NCBI GenBank assembly: GCA_045588245.1
Contig: JAZNDW010000012.1
Span: 95,434-159,433 of the forward strand
Direction: 5' to 3'
Length of the DNA: 64,000 nucleotides
From: Eubacteriales bacterium
GTDB lineage: Bacteria; Bacillota; Clostridia; Oscillospirales; CAG-272
This document shows, in pieces, positions 29,646-38,013 of this stretch (positions are counted from its first letter, which is position 1; the number at the start of each line of letters is the position of its first letter). The notes under the pieces are model-generated. The model was not told the DNA's origin. It did no database searches and saw only the letters and a list, made by a program, of their open reading frames with translations. Both the position numbers and the translations under genes were made by a program.

Positions 29646-30377
29646 TCAACCCAGCTTTTGACGAAGATATTCAAATATCTTTTTCTCCTCACGCGAGATT
29701 TTGACCTGTGTGAGCCCGAGCACACGAGCGGTAGATTCTTGTGACATATCGTGATAATAACGAAGTGAAACGATTTTTTGCCACAGGTCGGGCATTTTCT
29801 CCGTTATCTCACGTAAGGCGATGCGCTCTGTGACGGCATCATCGTTTTCATTTGATTCTATCGTGTCAAAAAGCGATAGCTCGCCATCCTCATACGCCGG
29901 CTCGTAAATCGAACGTATAGGATACGTTGATTCAAGCGCAATAGCGGCTTCCGCTACGTCTATCTCGCATATCTCAGCGAGCTCCGATATATGAGGCGAT
30001 CTGCCAAAGTTTTCTGTGAATTTTTCTTTTTCATAAAGCAACCGTGAGCCGAGACGTTTTTTGTCCCGGCTCACTTTTATTATGCCGTCGTCGCGCAAAA
30101 AGCGCTTGATCTCACCGATAACAAGCGGTACGGCATAAGTGGAAAATGCACAACCGCGTTCTGTATCAAAGCTTCTGACAGCACGCAAAAGACCGATCAT
30201 GCCGAGCTGATAAAGATCGTCATAATCCGTTCCGCGTCCGAGAAATCTGTTTGCGATACTTCGTACAAGACCGGAATTTTTTATCAACAACGCTTCTTCA
30301 GCAGTTTTATCACCATCGGTAAGGCGAGCAAACAGCGTTAGATTTTCGTCACGGTATGTGTTTTTTTGATCATTCAT
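29646..30377 (-). CDS. sigF: RNA polymerase sporulation sigma factor SigF
   Basis: 243 aa immediately after spoIIAB (TAATG overlap). Region 2 'DLYQLGMIGLLRAVRSFD' and region 4 'SQESTARVLGLTQVKISREEKK'. Confidence 0.92.
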   Translation of the reverse strand: MNDQKNTYRDENLTLFARLTDGDKTAEEALLIKNSGLVRSIANRFLGRGTDYDDLYQLGMIGLLRAVRSFDTERGCAFSTYAVPLVIGEIKRFLRDDGIIKVSRDKKRLGSRLLYEKEKFTENFGRSPHISELAEICEIDVAEAAIALESTYPIRSIYEPAYEDGELSLFDTIESNENDDAVTERIALREITEKMPDLWQKIVSLRYYHDMSQESTARVLGLTQVKISREEKKIFEYLRQKLG

Positions 30378-30871
30378 TATTTTTGCCTGCGTCCACCGGA
30401 AAGCGTTTTTATCATCGTGACTTTAGTTCCAGAACCGGGCTTGCTTACAACGGTCAGCTTATCTGTGAAGTTTTCCATAACGGTAAAGCCAAGGCCGCTT
30501 CGCTCACCCTCAGGATCTGTCGTATAAAGCGGCTGCATTGCAATCTTGATGTTTTCGATGCCGAGTCCGCGATCACGAATCTCTATCCGAACGGTCCTTT
30601 CATCAAGTATTTTGATCGTTATGTAAACGGTTCCTCCGTTGTTTCTGTATCCGTGAACGATAGCGTTCGTCACCGCTTCCGAAATGGCGCATTTAAGGTC
30701 AGAAAGCTCCTCAACTGTCGGATCAAGCTGAGAGAGGAAAACTGATGATACGGCACGCGCTATCCCTTCGTTAACGGAAAGTGCCGGTATTTCAAACCTG
30801 ATTTCATTTTTCAAATTTTCTGGCGGTCTGCCCGATCTCTTTTTCTCTGTTTTTTCAAGAAAAGTATTCAT
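30377..30871 (-). CDS. spoIIAB: anti-sigma F factor (serine kinase) SpoIIAB
   Basis: HATPase-type motifs 'EAVTNAIVHG', 'DRGLGI' and 'ERSGLGFTVM'. The ATG at 30871 follows aaagga, and the longer ORF would overlap spoIIAA. Confidence 0.92.
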   Translation of the reverse strand: MNTFLEKTEKKRSGRPPENLKNEIRFEIPALSVNEGIARAVSSVFLSQLDPTVEELSDLKCAISEAVTNAIVHGYRNNGGTVYITIKILDERTVRIEIRDRGLGIENIKIAMQPLYTTDPEGERSGLGFTVMENFTDKLTVVSKPGSGTKVTMIKTLSGGRRQK

Positions 30872-30896
30872 ATTGATTTTTCCTTTCAATAGCTTA

Positions 30897-31244
30897 TTAA
30901 ATGTTTTTTTTAGCTGTGTCACCGCGTTTGATCTCGATCAGCCGTCCTGCGCCTGCAAGATCGAGGATCTTCATAACACGAGGCGAAGGGTCAAGTACCG
31001 TAAGTTTACAACCGAGCTTTTCGGCGCAGTCAAGCCTGCCAAGGATGAGTCCGAGCCCCGCAGAATCCATAAATTCCACCTCGGACATATTCATAACAGC
31101 ACGTTTTGGACGGTTTATGTAAAGGGAAGAGTCTATCTCTCCGCGTATCCTTTTTGCGCTGTGATGGTCTATGTCCCCGTAGATCGTTATCATCATTGTG
31201 TGTCCGTCGATAACTGTGATAACTTCCGCTTTATTGTTTCTCAT
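30897..31244 (-). CDS. spoIIAA: anti-sigma F factor antagonist SpoIIAA (STAS domain)
   Basis: 115 aa. 'FMDSAGLGLILG' contains the phosphorylatable Ser. It is the first gene of the spoIIA operon. Confidence 0.92.
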   Translation of the reverse strand: MRNNKAEVITVIDGHTMMITIYGDIDHHSAKRIRGEIDSSLYINRPKRAVMNMSEVEFMDSAGLGLILGRLDCAEKLGCKLTVLDPSPRVMKILDLAGAGRLIEIKRGDTAKKNI

Positions 31245-31334
31245 TTATAGCATTCCTTTCTTAATTTTTTCGGTAAAATACTTTATTTGTAATTATTGTA
31301 TCCCGTGCCGATCGGAAAAATTGTCACATTCTGC

Positions 31335-31353
31335 TGTCGAATCAATTATCGAA
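31335..31353. promoter_or_regulatory. candidate Spo0A boxes upstream of spoIIAA
   Basis: Exact 0A-box core TGTCGAA at 31335-31341 and a near match TATCGAA at 31347-31353, about 90-110 nt upstream of the spoIIAA start. Confidence 0.3.
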
Positions 31354-31397
31354 CAAAAAAATGAGCGACTCCCGTCGCTCATTTTTTGTAGTACCGA

Positions 31398-31598
31398 TCA
31401 AAACGCCCAATCGGAAATGTTTTGCATCATTGTTCCGACAGCATCAAGAGCGCGGCCTGCGCAGCGGCTGAATTTTGATCTTTTAGGTTTGATGGCACAG
31501 GCGGTCATTACACCGATCATGCTTCCCAAAAACAACCCTACGGCAACACCTTTCATAACACTCGTTTTCATTTTTCCCATCATGGACATATTTGTCAT
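31398..31598 (-). CDS. hypothetical small membrane protein
   Basis: 66 aa with one hydrophobic helix, 'GVAVGLFLGSMIGVMTA'. An aaagga RBS-like sequence lies upstream. Confidence 0.45.
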   Translation of the reverse strand: MTNMSMMGKMKTSVMKGVAVGLFLGSMIGVMTACAIKPKRSKFSRCAGRALDAVGTMMQNISDWAF

Positions 31599-31665
31599 AA
31601 GTTAATTATCCTTTCAAATAATAGTGTTGTTAGTATTGTTGACAGATAATAGAAGAATAATACCA

Positions 31666-31702
31666 ACAAAAAATTGAACCTCACGTTAAAAACGTGAGGT
31701 TC
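31666..31702 (-). terminator. intrinsic terminator after the 862-aa gene
   Basis: Stem gaacctcacg (31676-31685) pairs with cgtgaggttc (31693-31702). A T-run follows on the minus strand (31666-31675). Confidence 0.8.
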
Positions 31703-31724
31703 ATTAAATTATTGAGAGTGACTT

Positions 31725-34313
31725 TTATTTAACTTCGTTTCTCCAATCAACGATATCATCGGTAATATCTTCGCCAAAGATGGAGGCGATAGCCTTGAGG
31801 TTTGTTTCGAGAAGAGCAACATCGGCATCGGGCTGTGACGCTTCGGTGATGTACGTGTTCTTGCAGCTCTTGATAAGCTGAGCTCTGTCCTCATCATCAA
31901 CACCCGAGGAGATCTCAAGTGCGTCGTTTGTGAGGTTGCCTTCATCGTCATAAGCGATTTCGGATACGGAAGTTGACGTGATCTTTGCTGTGACTATAGT
32001 GCTGACCATTTCGTCCATTCCGTCAGCGTCGCCGTAAATGTGCTTGATGCCGTCAACACCGCCGCTCGAAGCAGTGTCAACGATCTGCATCGTGTAGTCA
32101 AGCGCTTTTGCTTCCTTTTCGTATTCGTCATCGCTGATCTCACCTGCGGCAAGCTTATCAACAAATACGTTCATGACTGTCTTCATAGCATCAGTGGAAG
32201 TGTCGGAAGTGCCTTCGCCTTCACCGGAAGAAGAATCGAATATATCTGTTTCGTTGATGATCTCTTTGATTATAACGGCTGTTGTTCCGTCAAGCGAACT
32301 GCTGAGCTCACGCATGGAATTTGCAAGAACTGTGTTGTCGTTAGCGCCTGAGCTCTTGTAGTTTTCAAGAATAACCGTAAACTTCTGAATAGCAACGATA
32401 AGGTTTTCAATAGAAATGTCCTCGTCTATGTGATTCTTAACGACTCTTGCGATCTCGGCGCTTTCTTCACCGAACATATCAGAGTCAAGTATTGATACAA
32501 ACAGATCCTTGACGGCACCGCCGATAAGCAAGCTATCGATGGCAGTATCAAGAGTTTTACCGAGAGCACGTACTTCGTCGGTCATCTCGGAGTTACTGTA
32601 GCTGTCACCGGACATAGCCGTTGAAATGGTGTTTACATCCTTAAGCAAGACGGAAATGATCTCAGCTTCACGACGAAGTTCCTTCGCAGAAAGCTCATCT
32701 ATGTCAGAATCAAGGTTGATTTTATCGCCTGCGCTGCCGAGCTCTTCGGTAAGCGAGGAAACAGACATGGAGATCAAAGAGGGGATCATACTGCGGAAAT
32801 CATCGTTTTCGTTGATTGCTGATAAAATATCATAAAGAAAATCTTCATCCGAGAAGCTTTCGATGAGATCGCCGCCTTTGGATATATCGGAGAAAATCTC
32901 ATAGTCGATCATCGTTGTGATGATGCTGCCGAGTGTTCTGACGTCATCGGCGATAGTTTTGGAAGTTACGTCTTCAAGTTCCTCAAGAAGCGGAATGATC
33001 AGCATTGCTGTTTCTTCATCTTCAGAAAGATCACCCTCGTCGAGCATATTTTCAGCTGCGGCAGAGATAAGCTCGGCTACGATGTTGCTGTGGAATTCGG
33101 ATTCTGAGATATAGTTGCTGATATGAGTGATCGCTTCGATCTGATCGTCGCCATAATCTCCAAGCTCTACAACGAGGTAGATCGCATTTGCAACGAGTGC
33201 AAAAGCCTGAGCAATTTCATTGCCTGCAAAAACGTTTGAACCGGGAACGGCTGCCATTACTGCGTGAGCGAAGCGCATCGGTGCGGAATAAGACATGGAA
33301 AGATAAATGTTACCGTAAATAGGATCGAAAACGTGGTCGATCATGTCGTCGATCTCGGCAAAATCAAGATTTCCGTGTCTGTCTGTCAAATTATAATCGA
33401 GAATATCGATTGAATCACCGACGTTGATTTCCGGATCAATTTCGTTTGCTGTGTTTGCGATAAGAATAACGCCGTCAGCAAACGTGAAGAACAGCGACAT
33501 TACTGGGAAAAGGAAGATCGAGACTGAAAGTGCGGCAGCACATGCACGTATGCCGGCACCGCCGAGACGGTTGAATACTTTTTGTCTTCTATCGCGGCTG
33601 CGCGCGATCTCTTCGTCGGATTTCTTAGGCTTTTTTGCCTTTTCAGCAGAAGATTTCTCATCCGGCTTAACTTCAACGGGAATGTTGTCCGCAGGTTCTG
33701 TCGTCGCCGTTGCAACAACGGTTTGCTCAGCGACAACGTCACCTATGGTATCGGCGCTGTTTTCAGCGTCAGTTGCTACGACGGCTTCTGCAGGTGCCTC
33801 GGCTTCGTTTGTCAGAGAACCTTCAGATACACTCGGAGCGATTGATTCGACGGGAGCTATTTCGGCAGGAGCCGGTTCGACGGGAGCTGTAACGACGGGC
33901 GCAGCCTCAACTTTAACGTGTTTGTCTATATTCTTCTTACGTTTCGGTGAAAGTACGGCTTTTTTAACAAAGTGCGCCGGAATCATCAATATGAGGTTGA
34001 AAAGACAGAAGAGCATGTAAAAAACAAACGGCAGTATCAATGTATTCGCAATAGATCTTGCCATTTCAACGATAATGCCTGCGTCGAAATCGAGGTTGTC
34101 TTCAATCAATTCTGTCAACAGCTCGTTAACAACGGTTATGGAAGCCAGAACCTTCGTTGCAATAAACGCTAAAACTGCTGCAAGAAAAATTCGGCAAAGA
34201 ATTATAAGGCTCCATTTCCACCCCTTAAACAGTCCGCGCAGGGTGCAAATGAATATGTAAAGAGAGAAAAGTATTGTCAATACGAGCATGACAATTTGAA
34301 TAATACTGTCCAT
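31725..34313 (-). CDS. large acidic membrane protein, CvpA-like N-terminal TM region plus Ala/Pro/Glu/Val-rich linker
   Basis: 862 aa. It has N-terminal TM helices, the low-complexity stretch 'APVVTAPVEPAPAEIAPVESIAPSV', a second TM cluster and a ~550-aa D/E-rich domain. Confidence 0.75.
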   Translation of the reverse strand: MDSIIQIVMLVLTILFSLYIFICTLRGLFKGWKWSLIILCRIFLAAVLAFIATKVLASITVVNELLTELIEDNLDFDAGIIVEMARSIANTLILPFVFYMLFCLFNLILMIPAHFVKKAVLSPKRKKNIDKHVKVEAAPVVTAPVEPAPAEIAPVESIAPSVSEGSLTNEAEAPAEAVVATDAENSADTIGDVVAEQTVVATATTEPADNIPVEVKPDEKSSAEKAKKPKKSDEEIARSRDRRQKVFNRLGGAGIRACAAALSVSIFLFPVMSLFFTFADGVILIANTANEIDPEINVGDSIDILDYNLTDRHGNLDFAEIDDMIDHVFDPIYGNIYLSMSYSAPMRFAHAVMAAVPGSNVFAGNEIAQAFALVANAIYLVVELGDYGDDQIEAITHISNYISESEFHSNIVAELISAAAENMLDEGDLSEDEETAMLIIPLLEELEDVTSKTIADDVRTLGSIITTMIDYEIFSDISKGGDLIESFSDEDFLYDILSAINENDDFRSMIPSLISMSVSSLTEELGSAGDKINLDSDIDELSAKELRREAEIISVLLKDVNTISTAMSGDSYSNSEMTDEVRALGKTLDTAIDSLLIGGAVKDLFVSILDSDMFGEESAEIARVVKNHIDEDISIENLIVAIQKFTVILENYKSSGANDNTVLANSMRELSSSLDGTTAVIIKEIINETDIFDSSSGEGEGTSDTSTDAMKTVMNVFVDKLAAGEISDDEYEKEAKALDYTMQIVDTASSGGVDGIKHIYGDADGMDEMVSTIVTAKITSTSVSEIAYDDEGNLTNDALEISSGVDDEDRAQLIKSCKNTYITEASQPDADVALLETNLKAIASIFGEDITDDIVDWRNEVK

Positions 34314-34393
34314 ATTAACTCCATTCAGCCGATAGCGGCATAAAATAAACTATTACATTATATCATATAAAAATATATTATTCAATCAAATAG

Positions 34394-34430
34394 CAAAAAA
34401 AGTCACCGCGGAAATGATAACGCGGTGACT
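34394..34430 (-). terminator. intrinsic terminator after serA
   Basis: Stem agtcaccgcg (34401-34410) pairs with cgcggtgact (34421-34430). A T-run follows on the minus strand (34394-34400). Confidence 0.8.
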
Positions 34431-34445
34431 CTTTTATACTTTCGT

Positions 34446-35609
34446 TTATTTGATGACGTTAACGCGGAGGATTCCGTTAGCAGATGCAATAGAAGAGATG
34501 CATTCTTCGGGGACGTCTCCCTTGATTTCGATCAGCGTGTAAGCATAGTCACCGCGTGAACGGTTGACCATGTTTTCGATGTTGATGTTCGCGTCGCTGA
34601 GGATTGTCGAAATGCGGGAAAGAATAGCGGGAATATTTCTGTGGAAGATACAGATTCTGTAGTCACCCGTATGGGGAATGGAAACGTTCGGGAAATTAAC
34701 GCTGTTTGTGATGTTGCCAAGCTCAAGGAAGTCGATAAGCTGACGTGCTGCCATAACAGCGCAGTTGTCTTCGCTTTCCTCGGTGGAAGCACCGAGATGA
34801 GGAATAGCAACAACACCGGGCTTGCCGATGATATCGTTTGTCGGGAAGTCGGTTACGTAGCAAGCGACCTTGCCGGATTCGAGAGCTGCTAAAATATCAG
34901 CGCTGTTAACGAGATCCGCACGTGCGAGGTTGATGATGCGAACGCCGTCCTTCATCTTTGCGATCGTTTCGGCGTTGATCATATTTTTGGTTTCGGATGT
35001 AACGGGAGCGTGCAGCGTTATGTAATCGCTGACAGAGTAGATATCGTCAAATGTGGCTGCTTTCTTGATCGCACGGGAGAGTCTCCATGCAGCGTCGATC
35101 GAAATGTACGGGTCGCATCCGACAACGTTCATGTCAAGATGTGTCGCCATGTTTGCAACCATGCCGCCGATGGCGCCAAGACCGATAACGCCGAGCGTTT
35201 TGCCCGCGATCTCACAGCCTGCGAAGTTGCTCTTGCCTTTTTCAACGACCTTGGCAACGTTTTCTTCTGCGGGGATCGTTTTTGCCCACTCGATACCGTC
35301 TGTGATCTTACGGGAAGCGAGCATCAGCGAAGCGATAGCAAGCTCTTTGACGGCGTTTGCGTTAGCACCGGGAGTGTTGAATACGACGATGCCTGCTTCA
35401 GCGCACTTGTCAACGGGAATGTTGTTATATCCTGCACCTGCACGGGCGATTGCACGAAGCTCGGAATTGAACTCATAATCGTGCATAACGGCGGAACGAA
35501 CCATTATAGCATCGGGATTATCAATGTCAGCGGATACGTTATAGTTATCGGCGTCGAACACGTTCGTGCCGACAGCGGCAATTTTGTTGAGCAGCTTAAT
35601 GTTTTTCAT
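34446..35609 (-). CDS. serA: D-3-phosphoglycerate dehydrogenase with C-terminal ACT domain
   Basis: 'GVIGLGAIGGMVA' NAD-binding motif and 2-hydroxyacid dehydrogenase body. The ATG at 35609 lies 9 nt after aaggag, 25 nt downstream of the serC stop. Confidence 0.9.
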   Translation of the reverse strand: MKNIKLLNKIAAVGTNVFDADNYNVSADIDNPDAIMVRSAVMHDYEFNSELRAIARAGAGYNNIPVDKCAEAGIVVFNTPGANANAVKELAIASLMLASRKITDGIEWAKTIPAEENVAKVVEKGKSNFAGCEIAGKTLGVIGLGAIGGMVANMATHLDMNVVGCDPYISIDAAWRLSRAIKKAATFDDIYSVSDYITLHAPVTSETKNMINAETIAKMKDGVRIINLARADLVNSADILAALESGKVACYVTDFPTNDIIGKPGVVAIPHLGASTEESEDNCAVMAARQLIDFLELGNITNSVNFPNVSIPHTGDYRICIFHRNIPAILSRISTILSDANINIENMVNRSRGDYAYTLIEIKGDVPEECISSIASANGILRVNVIK

Positions 35610-35634
35610 GAAAGACAGACTCCTTCTGTGGAAA

Positions 35635-36717
35635 TTATTTATTTTCTTCTGCAAATTTTTTCATAAATTCAACGAGGGCGATAACACCATTTTCAGGCAT
35701 TGCGTTATAAATAGAAGCACGCATGCCGCCGACAGAACGGTGTCCTTTAAGATTCTCAAGTCCTGCTTTTGCGGCTTCGGATGCAAACTTCTTGTCAAGC
35801 TCGGGGTTGCCCGTAACGAAAGTTACGTTCATCATTGAACGGCATTCAGGCACAACGGGAGCTTTGTAGAAATCCTGCGAATCAAGATAATCGTAAAGGA
35901 TGGCGGCTTTGCGTTCGTTTCTCTTTTTCATTTCTTCAAGACCGCCGATGCTTTCGATCCATTCTAAAACGAGACCGAGCATATAAATGGAGTAGCAGGG
36001 GGGCGTGTTATACATTGAATCGTTGTCAGCCATGATCTTATAGTTGAGCATGGAGGGGGTGCCGGGACGGGCATTTCCCAAAAGGTCTTCACGGACGATA
36101 ACGACGGTTACACCTGCGGGAGCCATGTTCTTCTGTGCACCGGCGTAGATAAGACCGTACTTGGAAACGTCAACCGGTTCGGAAAGGATATAAGAAGACA
36201 TATCGGCAACGAGCGGAATATCACCTGTGTCGGGTGTATAATTATAACGTGTGCCGTATATCGTGTTATTGTAGCAAATGTGGAGGTACGAAGCGTCGGG
36301 ACGAATATCGTCACGGGTGATCTTCGGAACAAAAATGAAATTATCGTCGGCGGAAGTTGCAATTACGGAAACGTCACCGTACATTTTTGCTTCTTTGTGA
36401 GCTTTGCCGGAGAACTGACCTGAAACTATGTAATCAGCCTTTCCGCCCTCGGGAAGCAGGTTCAGCGGAACTGCGGCAAACTGAAGGGAAGCACCGCCCT
36501 GCATGAAGAGAACCTTATAATTATCAGGTATATTCATTACTCTGCGCAAAGAAGCTTCTGCAGCCTTGATGATCTGATCGTAAACAGGGGAACGGTGGCT
36601 CATTTCGGTTACGGACATTCCCGAACCTTTATAATCTATCATTTCAGATGCCGCACGTTCAAGCACAGGAAGCGGAAGCATGGAAGGACCTGCAGAAAAA
36701 TTAAAAATTCTTGACAT
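35635..36717 (-). CDS. serC: 3-phosphoserine/phosphohydroxythreonine aminotransferase
   Basis: 360 aa. 'FNFSAGPSMLP' N-terminus and 'AGAQKNMAPAGVT' PLP-lysine region. Confidence 0.93.
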   Translation of the reverse strand: MSRIFNFSAGPSMLPLPVLERAASEMIDYKGSGMSVTEMSHRSPVYDQIIKAAEASLRRVMNIPDNYKVLFMQGGASLQFAAVPLNLLPEGGKADYIVSGQFSGKAHKEAKMYGDVSVIATSADDNFIFVPKITRDDIRPDASYLHICYNNTIYGTRYNYTPDTGDIPLVADMSSYILSEPVDVSKYGLIYAGAQKNMAPAGVTVVIVREDLLGNARPGTPSMLNYKIMADNDSMYNTPPCYSIYMLGLVLEWIESIGGLEEMKKRNERKAAILYDYLDSQDFYKAPVVPECRSMMNVTFVTGNPELDKKFASEAAKAGLENLKGHRSVGGMRASIYNAMPENGVIALVEFMKKFAEENK

Positions 36718-36750
36718 AATTTACACCTCGAACTTGCAAATATTTCGTAT

Positions 36751-36779
36751 ATTATACTTCCCGCCGCATCAATTGTCAA
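36751..36779 (-). promoter_or_regulatory. consensus sigma-A promoter for serC-serA
   Basis: On the minus strand: TTGACA (36774-36779), 17-nt spacer, TATAAT (36751-36756). Confidence 0.65.
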
Positions 36780-36795
36780 GTGCGACGGGAAGTAT

Positions 36796-36823
36796 TTTTA
36801 ACGAATTTCGAAATTCGTTAAAA
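36796..36823. repeat. perfect 28-bp palindrome
   Basis: ttttaacgaatttc|gaaattcgttaaaa equals its own reverse complement. It lies between the DUF378 stop and the serC -35 element, and no U-run follows it in either direction. Confidence 0.9.
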
Positions 36824-36861
36824 TAAATGAATATACTGATGAATATTCAACTGAATATACA

Positions 36862-37077
36862 TCAGCTATTGCTTTTTCCGTATTCCTCTTCGGGACGGAA
36901 AAGCAGAGTGATACACCAAAGTCCGGCAAGACCGACAACTGTAAATATTATACGCGAGATCATGCTGTCGGTGCCACCGCATATCCAGCCGACAATATCA
37001 AAGTTGAACAGTCCTACGCTTCCCCAGTTAAGTGCTCCGACAATAACGAGCACAAGAGAGATCTTATCCATAATCAT
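36862..37077 (-). CDS. DUF378 domain-containing membrane protein
   Basis: 'LVIVGALNWGSVGLFNFDIV' is the signature of the DUF378 (YuzA-like) family. Confidence 0.8.
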   Translation of the reverse strand: MIMDKISLVLVIVGALNWGSVGLFNFDIVGWICGGTDSMISRIIFTVVGLAGLWCITLLFRPEEEYGKSNS

Positions 37078-37264
37078 GTTGTTGACCTATACCTTACAGT
37101 TCTTTCGGGCGTTTTATTTAATTTCGCCCGAATATAATATCTGCGAAAAGACGTTTTTATATTAATAAACGGTTAATGTAATTTTTGCCTATGCACAAAT
37201 TAGTATCAATTCGACCGATACTGTCATATATTGATTAAGAATACTTAAATTTTTAATAAAGGCG

Positions 37265-37960
37265 GTGACATTTGTGTTTTCTTTGATTTTTAGGCTATTT
37301 TCTAATCTTCCATCGGTCTTTCTGTCCGTGTCGTTAGGGCAGAATTTTCCTCCGCCGCTCTCGCGTGAGGAAGAATCCAAGTATTTCGCTGCCTATGCCG
37401 ACGGTGATATGGATGCAAGAACGAAGCTTATAGAGCACAATCTACGTCTTGTGGCTCATATTATACGAAAATATTATTCCGCAAGCGGATGCCAGGACGA
37501 TCTGTTATCAATAGGTTCAATCGGACTCATAAAGGCTATAGATTCATTCAATGTAAAAAAAGGCGCACGCTTTGCAACTTATTCTGCAAAGTGTATACAA
37601 AACGAGATCCTCATGTACTTCCGATCGCAGAAAAAGCTCGGTTGTGAGGTTTCAATAAACGAAACGATTGATACTGACCGTGACGGAAATCCGCTAACGT
37701 ACGGAGATATCGTTTCAACCGAAGATAATATTGCGGAAAGCATAGACGCAAAAATAAAAAGCAGTAAAGCATACGAATACATAAACACTCGGCTGAATGA
37801 TCGGGAGAAAACCATTATCGTATATAGATACGGTCTTAACGGAGACCGCCCGATGACACAAAGAGAAGTTGCGGAAAAGCTCGGAATCTCACGCTCCTAT
37901 GTTTCAAGGATAGAGAAGAGCATTCTTCATGAATTGCGAGGGTACATCGATCAGAAATGA
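37265..37960 (+). CDS. sigK: RNA polymerase sporulation sigma factor SigK (pro-sigma K), uninterrupted
   Basis: 'NFPPPLSREEE', 'LIEHNLRLVAHI' and 'ISRSYVSRIEK' match SigK rather than SigE. The start is the GTG at 37265 or 37274, and a hydrophobic pro-sequence is present. Confidence 0.88.
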   Translation: MTFVFSLIFRLFSNLPSVFLSVSLGQNFPPPLSREEESKYFAAYADGDMDARTKLIEHNLRLVAHIIRKYYSASGCQDDLLSIGSIGLIKAIDSFNVKKGARFATYSAKCIQNEILMYFRSQKKLGCEVSINETIDTDRDGNPLTYGDIVSTEDNIAESIDAKIKSSKAYEYINTRLNDREKTIIVYRYGLNGDRPMTQREVAEKLGISRSYVSRIEKSILHELRGYIDQK

Positions 37961-37969
37961 GAGTTTGTG

Positions 37970-37997
37970 TTGACAAAATAATTAAATTGTTTATAAT
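37970..37997 (+). promoter_or_regulatory. sigma-A-type promoter upstream of the DUF512-der operon
   Basis: TTGACA (37970-37975), 16-nt spacer, TATAAT (37992-37997). Confidence 0.5.
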
Positions 37998-38013
37998 ATT
38001 ATAATGTACTATT

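Noticed and set aside
33424-34020. 198-aa Ser/Ala-rich ORF on the plus strand, plus several 60-100-aa ORFs
   Set aside because: They are antisense shadows of the low-complexity part of the 862-aa gene.
35010-35666. 218-aa and 141-aa ORFs on the plus strand
   Set aside because: They are antisense to serA, which has clear NAD-binding and ACT-domain features.
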